From Patescibacteria group bacterium (GTDB taxonomy: Bacteria; Patescibacteriota; Patescibacteriia; Magasanikbacterales; GWA2-37-8), in contig JBAZNA010000001.1 of assembly GCA_041649475.1 (NCBI GenBank), forward strand, positions 264,612-328,611: a stretch of 64,000 nucleotides of DNA. The letters run 5' to 3'. A program made the position numbers and the translations under genes. This document shows positions 9,483 to 19,797 of the stretch, in pieces (positions within the stretch are counted from its first letter, which is position 1; the number at the start of each line of letters is the position of its first letter). Under the pieces are notes generated by a model. It was not told the DNA's origin. It saw only the letters and a program-made list of their open reading frames with translations, and searched no databases.

Positions 9483-11642
9483 TTAAATATCCAGGTTCTG
9501 CACTTGTTTGGCATGGGTCTGGATGAATTTTTTGCGCGGTTCAACCTCATCGCCCATTAAAATCTCAAACATTTCATTGGCTTTCTCCGCGTCATCAACC
9601 GTCACGCGCTTCATCAACCGGTGAGCCGGATCCATAGTGGTATCCCAAAGCTGTTCGGCATCCATTTCTCCCAAACCTTTGTAGCGCTGGATGTTTACTC
9701 TTACACCGCCGATTTGCAGGGCCTGGACTTCATCACCGCCTTCACCCTCTTCAGACGTGGTCTCACCCTCAACCGGTTCAACTTTCTCAATTTTGGCTTT
9801 GCCCTTTTCTTTTGTCACAGAGGTTTGCAGATCTTTTAAGATTTTTTCCCGATCTTCATCATTAAACGCGTACTGTAAATTTTTTCCATACTTAATGCCG
9901 TAAAGCGGCGGCTGGGCGATCAAAATATGTCCGCCGGTGATTAGAGCGGGGAAGTATCTGTAGAAGAAAGTTAGAAGCAGGGTGCGGATGTGCGAACCAT
10001 CCACATCAGCATCGGTCATAATTATGATTCGGTGATAGCGGAGCTTGGCGATGTCAAACTGTTCGCCGATGTTTGTGCCCAAGGCAATGATTAAAGATTT
10101 TAATTCATTGTTGGTTAAAATTTTGTCCAAGCGGGCGCGTTCAACATTCAAAACTTTTCCGCGCAAGGGCAAGATGGCTTGGTGCTCGCGGTTGCGTCCT
10201 TGTTTGGCGCTGCCGCCGGCCGAGTCGCCCTCAACAATAAACAATTCCGAGTCCTCAGCGTTGCGGCTGCTGCAGTCGGCTAACTTGCCCGGCAGAGTGA
10301 AGCCCTCCAAAGCGCCTTTGCGCAAAATGGTATCGCGGGCGATCTTGGCCGCATTGCGGGCTTTAGCCGCCAACACGCATTTTCCGATAATGGCTTCGGC
10401 GTCTTTTGGATGTTCTTCCAAATAAATCAAGAATTCATCATTCATTATTGTCTCCACCGCGGTTTTAACCTCGGTGTTTCCCAGCTTGGCTTTGGTCTGG
10501 CCTTCAAACTGCGGTTCTTTCACTTTTACGGAAATGATAGTATTTAAACCCTCGCGCACGTCTTCGCCGGTCAGATTCGCATCTTTTTCTTTTAAAATAT
10601 TTTTATTGCGCGCGTAAGTGTTCAAACTGCGGGTGAGAGCGGTTCTAAATCCGGCCACGTGCGTGCCGCCTTCAAGGTTGAATATGTTATTGGTAAAGGC
10701 GAAGAGAGATTCGGTATATTCCTCGCTATACTGTAGGGCGATTTCTACTTTTGTGCCTTCATATTCTTTTTCAACATAAAATATGGTCTCGTTTTTGATT
10801 TCTTTATTTTGGTTCAAGTGGCGGACGTAGGAAGCGATGCCGCCTTCAAAATAAAATTGATAACTTAGGTTCGGGTAATTGATGGAAGTTTTATCAGTTT
10901 CTTTTTCTGCCGGGCTGCGTTTGTCGGCTATGCTGATTCTGATGCCCTTGGACAAATAAGCCATTTGGCGGACATGGTCAACAATTGTTTTCCATTCATA
11001 ATCCAGGGTCTCAAAAATTGTATCATCGGCTTTGAAGGTTATAATGGTACCGCGATCTTTGCAGGTGCCAATCTGGTGAACTTTTTTAATCGGATTGCCG
11101 ATGTGATATTCCTGCACCCAAATTTTGCCGTCGTGGTGAACCTCGGCTTTGGTATAAGAAGATAAAGCGTTTACTACTGACACGCCCACGCCGTGCAAAC
11201 CGCCGGAGACCTTATAACTGTCGGAATCAAATTTTCCGCCGGCATGAAGTTTGGTCATGACGACTTCCAAAGCGCTGACTTTCATCTGCGGATGAATGTC
11301 AACCGGAATGCCGCGGCCGTTATCTTTGACTTCAACTATGTGATCCGGCAAGAGGGTAATGTCAATCTGGTTACAAAATCCGGCCATGGCTTCATCAATG
11401 GAGTTATCAACCACTTCCCAGATAAGATGATGCAAACCAACCGGTCCGGTTGAACCGATATACATGCCCGGCCTACGGCGGACTGCTTCCAATCCTTCGA
11501 GGACAGTAATGTTTTTGGCGCTGTAACCGCCGTCTGGTTTTTTTAATTCTTTTTTAGGAGCCGATTTTGGTGCCGCTTTTTTTGGCGCTGGTGTGGACTT
11601 TTTTTCTTCAATTCTTCCCCTTTGAACTCGTTTAATAGGCAT
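9483..11642 (-). CDS. gyrB: DNA gyrase subunit B
   Basis: VRRRPGMYIG, EVVDNSIDE, SGGLHGVG, VEGDSAGG, MTDADVDG, QRYKGLGEM. Confidence 0.96.
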   Translation of the reverse strand: MPIKRVQRGRIEEKKSTPAPKKAAPKSAPKKELKKPDGGYSAKNITVLEGLEAVRRRPGMYIGSTGPVGLHHLIWEVVDNSIDEAMAGFCNQIDITLLPDHIVEVKDNGRGIPVDIHPQMKVSALEVVMTKLHAGGKFDSDSYKVSGGLHGVGVSVVNALSSYTKAEVHHDGKIWVQEYHIGNPIKKVHQIGTCKDRGTIITFKADDTIFETLDYEWKTIVDHVRQMAYLSKGIRISIADKRSPAEKETDKTSINYPNLSYQFYFEGGIASYVRHLNQNKEIKNETIFYVEKEYEGTKVEIALQYSEEYTESLFAFTNNIFNLEGGTHVAGFRTALTRSLNTYARNKNILKEKDANLTGEDVREGLNTIISVKVKEPQFEGQTKAKLGNTEVKTAVETIMNDEFLIYLEEHPKDAEAIIGKCVLAAKARNAAKIARDTILRKGALEGFTLPGKLADCSSRNAEDSELFIVEGDSAGGSAKQGRNREHQAILPLRGKVLNVERARLDKILTNNELKSLIIALGTNIGEQFDIAKLRYHRIIIMTDADVDGSHIRTLLLTFFYRYFPALITGGHILIAQPPLYGIKYGKNLQYAFNDEDREKILKDLQTSVTKEKGKAKIEKVEPVEGETTSEEGEGGDEVQALQIGGVRVNIQRYKGLGEMDAEQLWDTTMDPAHRLMKRVTVDDAEKANEMFEILMGDEVEPRKKFIQTHAKQVQNLDI

Positions 11643-11732
11643 ATTTTGATGGCAGGAAAATAGAATTTAACAGGTATATTTTACCACATATCTATGTGTA
11701 GGGCAAGGGTTTTGTGGTATAATTATTTACGT

Positions 11733-12668
11733 ATGCTCAATCTCTATAACATCAACAATCATAATGGGTCCACAGCCGTGCCCCCGACCAATCAGGCCAA
11801 GAAGAAAGTGAATATTGCCAAATATGAGGATCCGACCAATGAATTTGGCGCCAAGGAATTTATGTATGGCACCTGGTATGTCAAGCACCGGCTGACTTTA
11901 TATAAAACACTGATTGGTTCTCTTATCGGTCTAAGCGCAATTTTTTGGCTTTTCAGTTTATGGAAATGGGGCGTGTATCTTTTGGATTATAATAAAACCC
12001 AGCAACTCCAGCAATCGCTTTCCAGTTCCATAAATTATACCGGCATCCATTCACATTTTTCAGCCCAACCGATTGCCGTTATCAGTTCGCAGGTTTTGCC
12101 GTCCGGGCAGAACAAATACGCGGCCGTGGCGCAAGTCATAAATCCCAACGACCGGTTTTTAGTTTTTTTTGATTATTATTTTGTCGTCAACGGACAAAAT
12201 ACTCCGGTGCAAAAAACTTTCCTGCTTCCGGGTGAAAGCCGGCCCCTGTCTTATCTGGGAGTGGAAAATGCCGGCGGCGTTGATTTGGTTTTGGAAAATA
12301 TCACTTGGCAGAGAATTTCCAGCCACGACGTGGTAAACACCAAAGAATTCCAGGCATACCGCTTGAATTTTACAGTCAGCGATTTTGTTTTCCTAAAGTC
12401 GCTGGCCCAGGAAGGCAACAATGCGGACGCGGTGCAGTTTCAGTTGACAAATAACAGTCCGTATAGTTATGTAAATCCTGACTTCTATGTGGTCTTGTCG
12501 AGCAGTGGCGGAATGGTTGGCATATTGCCTTTGCATTTGGATTCAATTAAATCTCTTGAAACCAAAAGTGTTGACTTGCGCAGTTTGGCGCCAGGACTAT
12601 ATGTCAGCGATATTGCCATATACCCGATAATCAACGTCTACGACAGTTCGGTTTACCTGTCACCATAA
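11733..12668 (+). CDS. Hypothetical single-pass membrane protein with beta-rich extracellular domains
   Basis: Long ORF, one hydrophobic segment, 2 nt from rodA; extended -10 TGGTATAAT upstream. Confidence 0.7.
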   Translation: MLNLYNINNHNGSTAVPPTNQAKKKVNIAKYEDPTNEFGAKEFMYGTWYVKHRLTLYKTLIGSLIGLSAIFWLFSLWKWGVYLLDYNKTQQLQQSLSSSINYTGIHSHFSAQPIAVISSQVLPSGQNKYAAVAQVINPNDRFLVFFDYYFVVNGQNTPVQKTFLLPGESRPLSYLGVENAGGVDLVLENITWQRISSHDVVNTKEFQAYRLNFTVSDFVFLKSLAQEGNNADAVQFQLTNNSPYSYVNPDFYVVLSSSGGMVGILPLHLDSIKSLETKSVDLRSLAPGLYVSDIAIYPIINVYDSSVYLSP

Positions 12669-12670
12669 GT

Positions 12671-13765
12671 ATGTTAAACCTGGGCAAGTTTTCCCCGCGC
12701 AGTTTTGACTGGAAACTTTTTGTTTCGGTTCTGCTTTTAATTCTGATCGGGCTCTCTGCAATCTACAGCGTTGATCTTTCCCGCGGTTCCGGTCTGGTTG
12801 ATTTTAAAAAACAATTACTCGCCTTCGGAGTTGGTTTGGTTTTGCTCACACTGGTAAGCATGATCCAATACAAGGTGTGGCAATATTCGGCCAAATGGTT
12901 TTTTTTGGCCGCGCTTTTACTTTTGATTGCAGTTTTATTTTTCGGTTCTACCATCCGCGGCACGCGCGGCTGGTTTGCTTTTACCGGCTTTTCTTTTCAG
13001 CCGGTTGAGGTGGCAAAAATCGGAATTATTTTAATGCTCGCTTATATTATTTCAAAATTCGGACGGCGTTTTGAGCGGCCCCTGTTTTTTTTCGGCACTT
13101 TGGTCATCACTCTGGCGCTGATTTTTTTGGTAATGCTTCAGCCGGATTTGGGCTCGGCGGTTCTCCTGGGCGCGATTTGGTTCGGCCTGATGTGGGCGGT
13201 CGGTAGCCGGCGTCTTTTTTTAATTTTATTGGTGTCGGTAATTATGGCTCTTGGTGTCAGCGGCTGGTTTTTCTTTTTGAAAGATTATCAGAAAGACCGC
13301 ATCACCACTTTTATCAATCCGAGCAGGGATCCGCTCGGATCCGGATACAACATAACTCAATCCACGATTGCCATCGGCGCCGGCAAATTATTTGGCCGCG
13401 GTTTGGGTTTTGGCTCGCAAAGCCAGATGAAATTTTTGCCGGAAGCGCAAACCGACTTCATATTTTCCGTAATCGGCGAGGAACTTGGTTTGGCCGGAGT
13501 GTGTCTGCTCTTGGTTTTATTCGGCATCATTTTTTGGCGGTTGATTGTTTTGATCAGAAGCGCTGAAGATGACTTTGTTTCAGCGGCCGCCACCGGCATT
13601 TTGATATTGTTTTTTGTCCAATTTATAACCAATGTCGCCGCAACCATCGGTCTTTTGCCAATCACCGGCGTCACCTTGCCTTTTGTCAGCTATGGCGGCT
13701 CATCGCTGATTATTAACCTGTTTTTGGTGGGACTACTGGAAAGCATGCAGGTTAAAAAGTATTAA
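12671..13765 (+). CDS. rodA: SEDS-family rod shape protein RodA
   Basis: FQPVE.AK, QPDLG, FLPEAQTDFIFS, TGVTLPFVSYGGSS; multi-TM. Confidence 0.9.
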   Translation: MLNLGKFSPRSFDWKLFVSVLLLILIGLSAIYSVDLSRGSGLVDFKKQLLAFGVGLVLLTLVSMIQYKVWQYSAKWFFLAALLLLIAVLFFGSTIRGTRGWFAFTGFSFQPVEVAKIGIILMLAYIISKFGRRFERPLFFFGTLVITLALIFLVMLQPDLGSAVLLGAIWFGLMWAVGSRRLFLILLVSVIMALGVSGWFFFLKDYQKDRITTFINPSRDPLGSGYNITQSTIAIGAGKLFGRGLGFGSQSQMKFLPEAQTDFIFSVIGEELGLAGVCLLLVLFGIIFWRLIVLIRSAEDDFVSAAATGILILFFVQFITNVAATIGLLPITGVTLPFVSYGGSSLIINLFLVGLLESMQVKKY

Positions 13766-13815
13766 TATTGACATTTTTAGCAAAATAATTTAGAATTAGT
13801 GCACTAGCGCAAACT

Positions 13816-14157
13816 ATGCCTCTTAACACAATCGGTCAGGAATCTTGGCGAAAAACCTTAAAATTTATCAGCCAATGCCCGGTTTGCGGCAGGGAGTACA
13901 AAAAAGAATCGGCTAGGCAATTTGCCAACAAAAATAAAGCTCAATTTATCCATCTTGGCTGTGACGGTTGCAAAAGCAATTTTATGGCCGTGATAATGAT
14001 TTTGGGCACAGGCATCAGCACCCTGGGCATGGTCACTGATCTGGGTTTTGAAGATGCCAAGCGGTTGTATGAACAGGCGCCGCTTTCCATTGATGACGTA
14101 ATTGAAGGACATAAAAATATTAAACATAAAGATTTTTTTAATCAACTTTTCGTATGA
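13816..14157 (+). CDS. Hypothetical zinc-ribbon protein
   Basis: CPVC..CDGC; promoter TTGACA-17-TAGAAT; ATGA overlap with rplY. Confidence 0.7.
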   Translation: MPLNTIGQESWRKTLKFISQCPVCGREYKKESARQFANKNKAQFIHLGCDGCKSNFMAVIMILGTGISTLGMVTDLGFEDAKRLYEQAPLSIDDVIEGHKNIKHKDFFNQLFV

Positions 14158-14891
14158 CCTTTAAATTAACTGCAAACGAGAGAACTGAAAAAGGAGAAAA
14201 AGTGAGAAGCAAGACCGTAATTCCGGCCGTGGTTTATGGCGCCGGTTCCGAGTCCGTTTCTTTGGCATTGAACTATGAAGATTTTGCCAAATTATACAAA
14301 GAGGCCGGCGAGGCCAGCTTGGTTGATTTGTCAATCGGTTCAAAAAATGAAGGCAAGGTTTTGATCCACGATATTCAATATGATCCGGTGACAGACAGAA
14401 TCATCCATGTTGATTTGCGCCGCATTGATATGAATAAAGCCATGACCGCCACGGTTGAACTGCGCTTTACCAGCGAGTCGCCGGCTATCAAAGAGCAGGG
14501 TGGTACCTTGGTGCATAACATTGATGAGGTAGAGGTAACCTGTTTGCCGCAAGATTTGGTTTCCCACATTGATGTTGATTTGTCTATTTTGAAAACATTT
14601 GATGACGCGATTAAAGTAAAGGACTTGAATGTGCCGAAGGGCATTACCATCACCAGCCCGCACGCTGAAGACCTGGTTGTCAAAGCGGCTCCGGCTTTGA
14701 CCGAAGAAGAAATCAAGGCCATGGAAGAAGCCGCCAAGCCGGCTGACTTGTCTGCCATTGAAGTATCCGGCAAGAAACCGGAAGAGGGCGAGGAAGGTGA
14801 AGCTGCTGCGGCAGAGGGCGAGGCGGGCAAAGCCGAAGCTGGCAAAGCCGCCCCGGAGTCAGTTGCGAAAGAAGAAAAGAAAAAAGAATAA
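14154..14891 (+). CDS. rplY: 50S ribosomal protein L25/Ctc
   Basis: IPAVVYG, DIQYDPV..IIHVD, C-terminal Ctc domain, acidic tail. Confidence 0.95.
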   Translation: MTFKLTANERTEKGEKVRSKTVIPAVVYGAGSESVSLALNYEDFAKLYKEAGEASLVDLSIGSKNEGKVLIHDIQYDPVTDRIIHVDLRRIDMNKAMTATVELRFTSESPAIKEQGGTLVHNIDEVEVTCLPQDLVSHIDVDLSILKTFDDAIKVKDLNVPKGITITSPHAEDLVVKAAPALTEEEIKAMEEAAKPADLSAIEVSGKKPEEGEEGEAAAAEGEAGKAEAGKAAPESVAKEEKKKE

Positions 14892-14945
14892 ATATGAAAG
14901 AAAATGGTTGCCTCAAGCGACCATTTTTGATATAATAATTTTACT

Positions 14946-15998
14946 ATGAATAAACAAATGCTTTTTTGGGGATCTTTGGTGGCGACAGTGCTCATCGCGA
15001 TTTCGGTTGGGGTATTTTTTTATTATATCCCTCTGCAAAACGAGGTAGAGGCCGCGTCCCGCGTTGCGGTCGTGTCCAAACCAAAATACATAAACGAGTT
15101 TGACGGTCAAGCTGTGTCTCTTAAAACCGATATTGATCCGCAGGTGATTGCGATTATGATTGATAACCAAACCGACGCGCGGCCGCAACTTGGTTTAGCA
15201 AAAGCAAAAATAGTTTATGAGGTTCCGGTTGAAGGCGAGTTTACCAGATACATGGCGCTGTATGATAACAAACAAAACCTGGCGCAAGTGGGACCGGTGC
15301 GAAGCGCGCGCACCTACTTCCTTGATTGGCTGGGAGAATATGGGCGGGGATTATATATGCATTCCGGCGGATCACCCGATGCCTTAAATCAAATTTTACA
15401 GAGAAATATTTTTGATGCCAACGAATTTTCCTGGGGCAGTTATTATTGGCGTGACGCCGGCAAAAGCGCGCCGCATAATTTATATACAAAAAGTTTGGCC
15501 TGGCAATCGCTTGTTACTTTGTACAGCACCTCAACCGACAAAATGCGGCCGGGTAGCGGTTGGAAATATCTAACCACTATCGGTAAGCCGACATCCGCGC
15601 AAAATGCAGTTAAAATTACTTATGATCCGAGTTATATCGTCAGCTGGCAATATGATGTGAAGGCAATGAGTTATGTGCGGTATATAAACGGAGTACAGTA
15701 TCTGGATGCTGATGGTTCGCAGGTGCGCGCCAGAAATATTTTGGTTCAATATGTTTCAGTTAGTGTTTTAGACAGTGAAGGACGAAAAGGCATAACTACA
15801 ATTGGCACCGGCAAGGGCTATGTGTTGGAAAAAGGCAATGCCATTATTGCTACTTGGAAGAAAAAATCTTTAACTGACCGGACGCGATTTTATACCAGTC
15901 AAGGCAAAGAAGTTACCCTTTTACCGGGAACAACCTGGGTGGAAGTAGTGCCCAGTGACGGGAAAGTTAACCTAACGAGCGGTAAAGTCAAGAATTAA
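14946..15998 (+). CDS. DUF3048-like exported protein
   Basis: IMIDN..ARPQ.GL..A.IVYE..VEG..TR, GPVRSAR, APHNLY. Confidence 0.85.
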   Translation: MNKQMLFWGSLVATVLIAISVGVFFYYIPLQNEVEAASRVAVVSKPKYINEFDGQAVSLKTDIDPQVIAIMIDNQTDARPQLGLAKAKIVYEVPVEGEFTRYMALYDNKQNLAQVGPVRSARTYFLDWLGEYGRGLYMHSGGSPDALNQILQRNIFDANEFSWGSYYWRDAGKSAPHNLYTKSLAWQSLVTLYSTSTDKMRPGSGWKYLTTIGKPTSAQNAVKITYDPSYIVSWQYDVKAMSYVRYINGVQYLDADGSQVRARNILVQYVSVSVLDSEGRKGITTIGTGKGYVLEKGNAIIATWKKKSLTDRTRFYTSQGKEVTLLPGTTWVEVVPSDGKVNLTSGKVKN

Positions 15999-16786
15999 TT
16001 TTTTATAATCACAGTCCTGTCCAGCCCGGACAGGTCTTTTTTTATCTCAAATTCGGCTTGGGGCAGGTATTTTTTTATAAGTTCCGGAATTTTGTCTGCC
16101 TGGGCCGGGTCAATTTCCAAAAATACAGTAATGTGATTCTTTAGTTGCCGGATTTGTCGTAAAAGGTTTTCATAAATTGCCAGACCGTTTGTGTTGTCTG
16201 CGATTAAAGCGATTTTTGGTTCTTTTTTAATTGAGGGCTCGCGGTTGAATTGTTCCCGGGTAAGGTAGGGGAGATTGGCGGTGATGATTAAGCGATGGGA
16301 TTGATCAAAATCAGGCAGTGATTTAAGCAAATCACTGTGCATGAAGTTTATTTTTACGCCATGTTGAATGGCGTTTATTTTGGCCACGCGCAGGGCTGAT
16401 TTAGAAATATCAATGGCGTAAACCTTGGTGTTTGCCGGCGCAATAGATTTTAAAATTGAAATCGGAATACAGCCGCTGCCGGTACCTACATCAATTAAAA
16501 CCGCTCCGGGATTTTTTCGGCATTTATCAATCGCATTTTCCACCAAGAGTTCCGTCTCCGGCCGGGGGATTAAAACATTTTTATCCACATAAAAATCAAG
16601 ACCGAAAAATTCTTTATGTTTTGTAATCGTTGCCACAGCATAACCCCGGTGATATTTAAATAAAAAATATCTAAATTTTAATCTCTGCCAAAAATTCGGC
16701 TTATATTCCGGATGGGTATATAAAAATTCCCGGTTTTTGAGGGTACTGTGGGCGCGCAGCAAATCAAGATCTAAATTATCTGACAT
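15995..16786 (-). CDS. prmC: Release factor glutamine methyltransferase
   Basis: VLIPRPETE, DVGTGSGCI, ANLPY. Confidence 0.93.
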   Translation of the reverse strand: MSDNLDLDLLRAHSTLKNREFLYTHPEYKPNFWQRLKFRYFLFKYHRGYAVATITKHKEFFGLDFYVDKNVLIPRPETELLVENAIDKCRKNPGAVLIDVGTGSGCIPISILKSIAPANTKVYAIDISKSALRVAKINAIQHGVKINFMHSDLLKSLPDFDQSHRLIITANLPYLTREQFNREPSIKKEPKIALIADNTNGLAIYENLLRQIRQLKNHITVFLEIDPAQADKIPELIKKYLPQAEFEIKKDLSGLDRTVIIKN

Positions 16787-18251
16787 ATTTTATTAGCTGA
16801 TCATATTCCAAAAGCCGCGGTTTAAAAACACCCGCCTGTTTCCAGCCGTTTTCTTCAATCGTTTTTTTTAAATTGTCATTTTCTTGGCTGTTATAAAACA
16901 AGTATAAATCAGTATAGTTTTCCAGCCTTGCTTCCTTTACCCATTTTTGCGTTTCGTCTTTCGGAAAAGTATGTATTAAATAATTTTTTGTGATCAAATC
17001 AAAATCCCAGTCGCGTTTTGCGGCGGACGCATCGGGGTAATAGGGGATATCGGGCATTTGGCCGGTGTAATACCTGTCTATATGGTACTTATCGGAAAAG
17101 TGCGTGTATACAACAATTTGTTTTTTATTTTTATTATATTCCTGATTTAAATAAGTGTTGGTTGACCCCCAGTCATTTATTGGCAGTAATTTTGTTAATC
17201 CGACAATACCCGGCAAGCTAAACACAAATATGGCGGTTATTAAAATTAAATTAGAATTAATATAAAGATTTAATAAATAGCCGATGATGATAAAAATAAA
17301 TGGCCAGCTGATTATAAAGAATTTTATATTCCACACATTGAGCATGGTCATTGCCGCAATTGGCAGGACAGCGCTAAAGATTAGCCATTTAAAATTAGGA
17401 TTAACAGCTTTGGCTTGTTTCTGTTTGAAAATAGCTAAGGCCACGGCCAACAAAAACAGCATCATTATGATCAGGCCAAAATACAAGGGTGACGGGCCGG
17501 TGAAAAGCGGCTGTAATGATTGGGCTTTTTCAGCCCACTTGTTACTGATTTGGAAATACCAGGCCTGACCCAGCGAAGGATTTGTGAATTTAAAATAAAA
17601 AGAGGGAACAGCCCAAATGAGCCACAACATAACCGGTATGATCACGGTTTTAATCCAGGAAACGGCTCGGGTTTTTTTAAAAACTAACAAATATAGAAAT
17701 TGACCGAACAAAAGCACGGTCGCGGTCAGGTGAGCGTATAGTAGAAAAACAACTAAAGCCGTAAAAATTATTTTGTTTTTCTTTGCTGCGTTATCTGTTA
17801 AAAATATTTCATAGAAATACATTGAGGCGGCAATGGTCAGGAAGATAAAAATTGAATAAACCCGGGCTGTGTCGGAGATAAAAATATGATAAGAACTGAT
17901 GGCGAGCAGCCCCGCGCCAATCAAGCCGGTTTTGGCATTGAACAATTTTTTGGCGAAAAGATAAATAAAATACACGCTCAATACGCCAAAAATCAAACTC
18001 GGCATTCTGGTCCAGAATTCATTGGCCGGAAAAATGTAAAACCAGAGCTTAAGCAAGAATGTATGAAGCGGGGGATTGGTTTCCCAAATCCAAAATTTGG
18101 TAATGCTAAGAAGCCACGGTTTTTGGCTGTAAACAAAGTTAAACATTTCATCGCTCCAAAAATCACCGTAGCGAAAAAGCGCGGCCAAACGCAGAATAAA
18201 GGCGAGGCAAATAATCAAAATCAGAGTGAGTTTTGTTTTATTAATCTTCAT
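16776..18251 (-). CDS. GT-C (PMT/GT39/ArnT-like) membrane glycosyltransferase
   Basis: W.DE, NPPLH, R.PS.IFG, ARVYS motifs; multi-TM; start set at MKINK (18251). Confidence 0.82.
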   Translation of the reverse strand: MKINKTKLTLILIICLAFILRLAALFRYGDFWSDEMFNFVYSQKPWLLSITKFWIWETNPPLHTFLLKLWFYIFPANEFWTRMPSLIFGVLSVYFIYLFAKKLFNAKTGLIGAGLLAISSYHIFISDTARVYSIFIFLTIAASMYFYEIFLTDNAAKKNKIIFTALVVFLLYAHLTATVLLFGQFLYLLVFKKTRAVSWIKTVIIPVMLWLIWAVPSFYFKFTNPSLGQAWYFQISNKWAEKAQSLQPLFTGPSPLYFGLIIMMLFLLAVALAIFKQKQAKAVNPNFKWLIFSAVLPIAAMTMLNVWNIKFFIISWPFIFIIIGYLLNLYINSNLILITAIFVFSLPGIVGLTKLLPINDWGSTNTYLNQEYNKNKKQIVVYTHFSDKYHIDRYYTGQMPDIPYYPDASAAKRDWDFDLITKNYLIHTFPKDETQKWVKEARLENYTDLYLFYNSQENDNLKKTIEENGWKQAGVFKPRLLEYDQLIKYVR

Positions 18252-19329
18252 CGTTTTCCGCCGGTTCAAAAGCAAATTTTTCCGGATGATAATCGGCATC
18301 GCGCAGGGCCAAAATAATTTGTTCAAGTTTGCCGTCTAAGATTGTGCCGATGTTGTTCCAGCTCCGGTGAATTCTATGATCCGTGATGCGGTCCTGGGGG
18401 TAATTGTAGGTTCTGATTTTTTCACTGCGATCGCCGCTGCCGATTTGTGAACGTCTTTTTTCAGTCAGTTCTTTTTGTTTTTTCTCCTGTTCCATGGCAA
18501 AGAGGCGGGCGCGCAGAACGGCCATGGCCTTTTCGCGGTTGGCGGTTTGGGAACGCTCATCCTGGCACTGGACAACGGTATTGGTCGGCAGATGCACGAT
18601 GCGCACGGCCGAATAAGTCGTGTTCACGCTTTGACCGCCATGGCCGCCCGCGCAAAAGGTGTCAATGCGCAAATCTTTGGGATCAATTTTTATTTCGGTT
18701 TCCTCAATCTCCGGCAATACCGCCACGGTGGCCGTTGAGGTATGTATCCGGCCGGATTTTTCGGTTTCCGGAACTCGTTGCACACGGTGTACACCCATCT
18801 CGTATTTCAAATCTTTGTAAGCGTTTTTTCCTTTTATGGAAAAAATAACTTCTTTAAAACCGCCGATGCCGATGCGGTTGGCATCAACCAGCTGGGTTTT
18901 CCATTTGTGGTCTTCGGCGTAGCGGCTATACATTCTAAAAAGATTGGCCGCAAAAAGCGCGGATTCATCTCCGCCAACCCCGGCGCGGATTTCAATGATA
19001 ACGTCTTTTTTGTCCATCGGATCTTGCGGCCGGGTTATTTCTTCAAGCTCCGCTTCAATTTGGATTTTTTTGGCCTGCAAATCGGGGAGTTCGGCCGCGG
19101 CCATCTCGCGCAAGCCATCGTCTTTTTCATCGGCTAAAATTAATTCCGTTTCGGCGATGCTTTTTTCCAATCCGTCCAGCTCGTTTATTTTTTCAGCCAC
19201 CGGTTTGTTTTCGGTATATTCTTGGGAAATCTCTTTTATTTTTTTAGGATCATTAAGCACGGCCTGGTCCTGCAAATCGGCTTCAAGTTTTTGAAATTTA
19301 TTTTTTAATTCCGCGTACTTCTTTAACAT
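18241..19329 (-). CDS. prfA: Peptide chain release factor 1
   Basis: RVQRVPETE (PxT), GGQ motif, [12 protein letters not shown]. Confidence 0.97.
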   Translation of the reverse strand: MLKKYAELKNKFQKLEADLQDQAVLNDPKKIKEISQEYTENKPVAEKINELDGLEKSIAETELILADEKDDGLREMAAAELPDLQAKKIQIEAELEEITRPQDPMDKKDVIIEIRAGVGGDESALFAANLFRMYSRYAEDHKWKTQLVDANRIGIGGFKEVIFSIKGKNAYKDLKYEMGVHRVQRVPETEKSGRIHTSTATVAVLPEIEETEIKIDPKDLRIDTFCAGGHGGQSVNTTYSAVRIVHLPTNTVVQCQDERSQTANREKAMAVLRARLFAMEQEKKQKELTEKRRSQIGSGDRSEKIRTYNYPQDRITDHRIHRSWNNIGTILDGKLEQIILALRDADYHPEKFAFEPAENDED

Positions 19330-19391
19330 AAGGTATATTTATAAAAAAACAGACCAAATTAATTATAGTCCGTTTTTTCAATTTTATAAAG

Positions 19392-19700
19392 CTAAGCTTT
19401 TTTGGTTGTCTTTTTAGTATCTGCTTTTTTGGCCGCTTTCTTGGCGGTAACCACGGCCTTCTTAACTTTTTTGCCTTTTCTGGCCGCGGCGGCCTTGGTT
19501 TTTTTATCGGCACGTTCCTGGAATTTTTCCACGCGTCTGGCCGTGTCCACAAATTTTTGTTTTCCGGTATAAAAAGGATGGCACTTATCGCAGAGCTCAA
19601 CCCGGATTGCTTTCATTGTACTGCCGGTAGTAAATGTGTTTCCGCAGGCGCAGGTTACGACCGCGTCATTGTGATATTCCGGATGGATGTCTTTTTTCAT
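19392..19700 (-). CDS. rpmE: 50S ribosomal protein L31 (Zn-binding type, Lys/Ala-rich tail)
   Basis: [22 protein letters not shown]. Confidence 0.96.
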   Translation of the reverse strand: MKKDIHPEYHNDAVVTCACGNTFTTGSTMKAIRVELCDKCHPFYTGKQKFVDTARRVEKFQERADKKTKAAAARKGKKVKKAVVTAKKAAKKADTKKTTKKA

Positions 19701-19797
19701 AATTTTTTGATTGGATATTGAGTTAATCTTGATTATTTAGCCAAAATGTGCTATAATTATAGCATAATTTAAATAATTGTCAACTATCTCTAATTAT

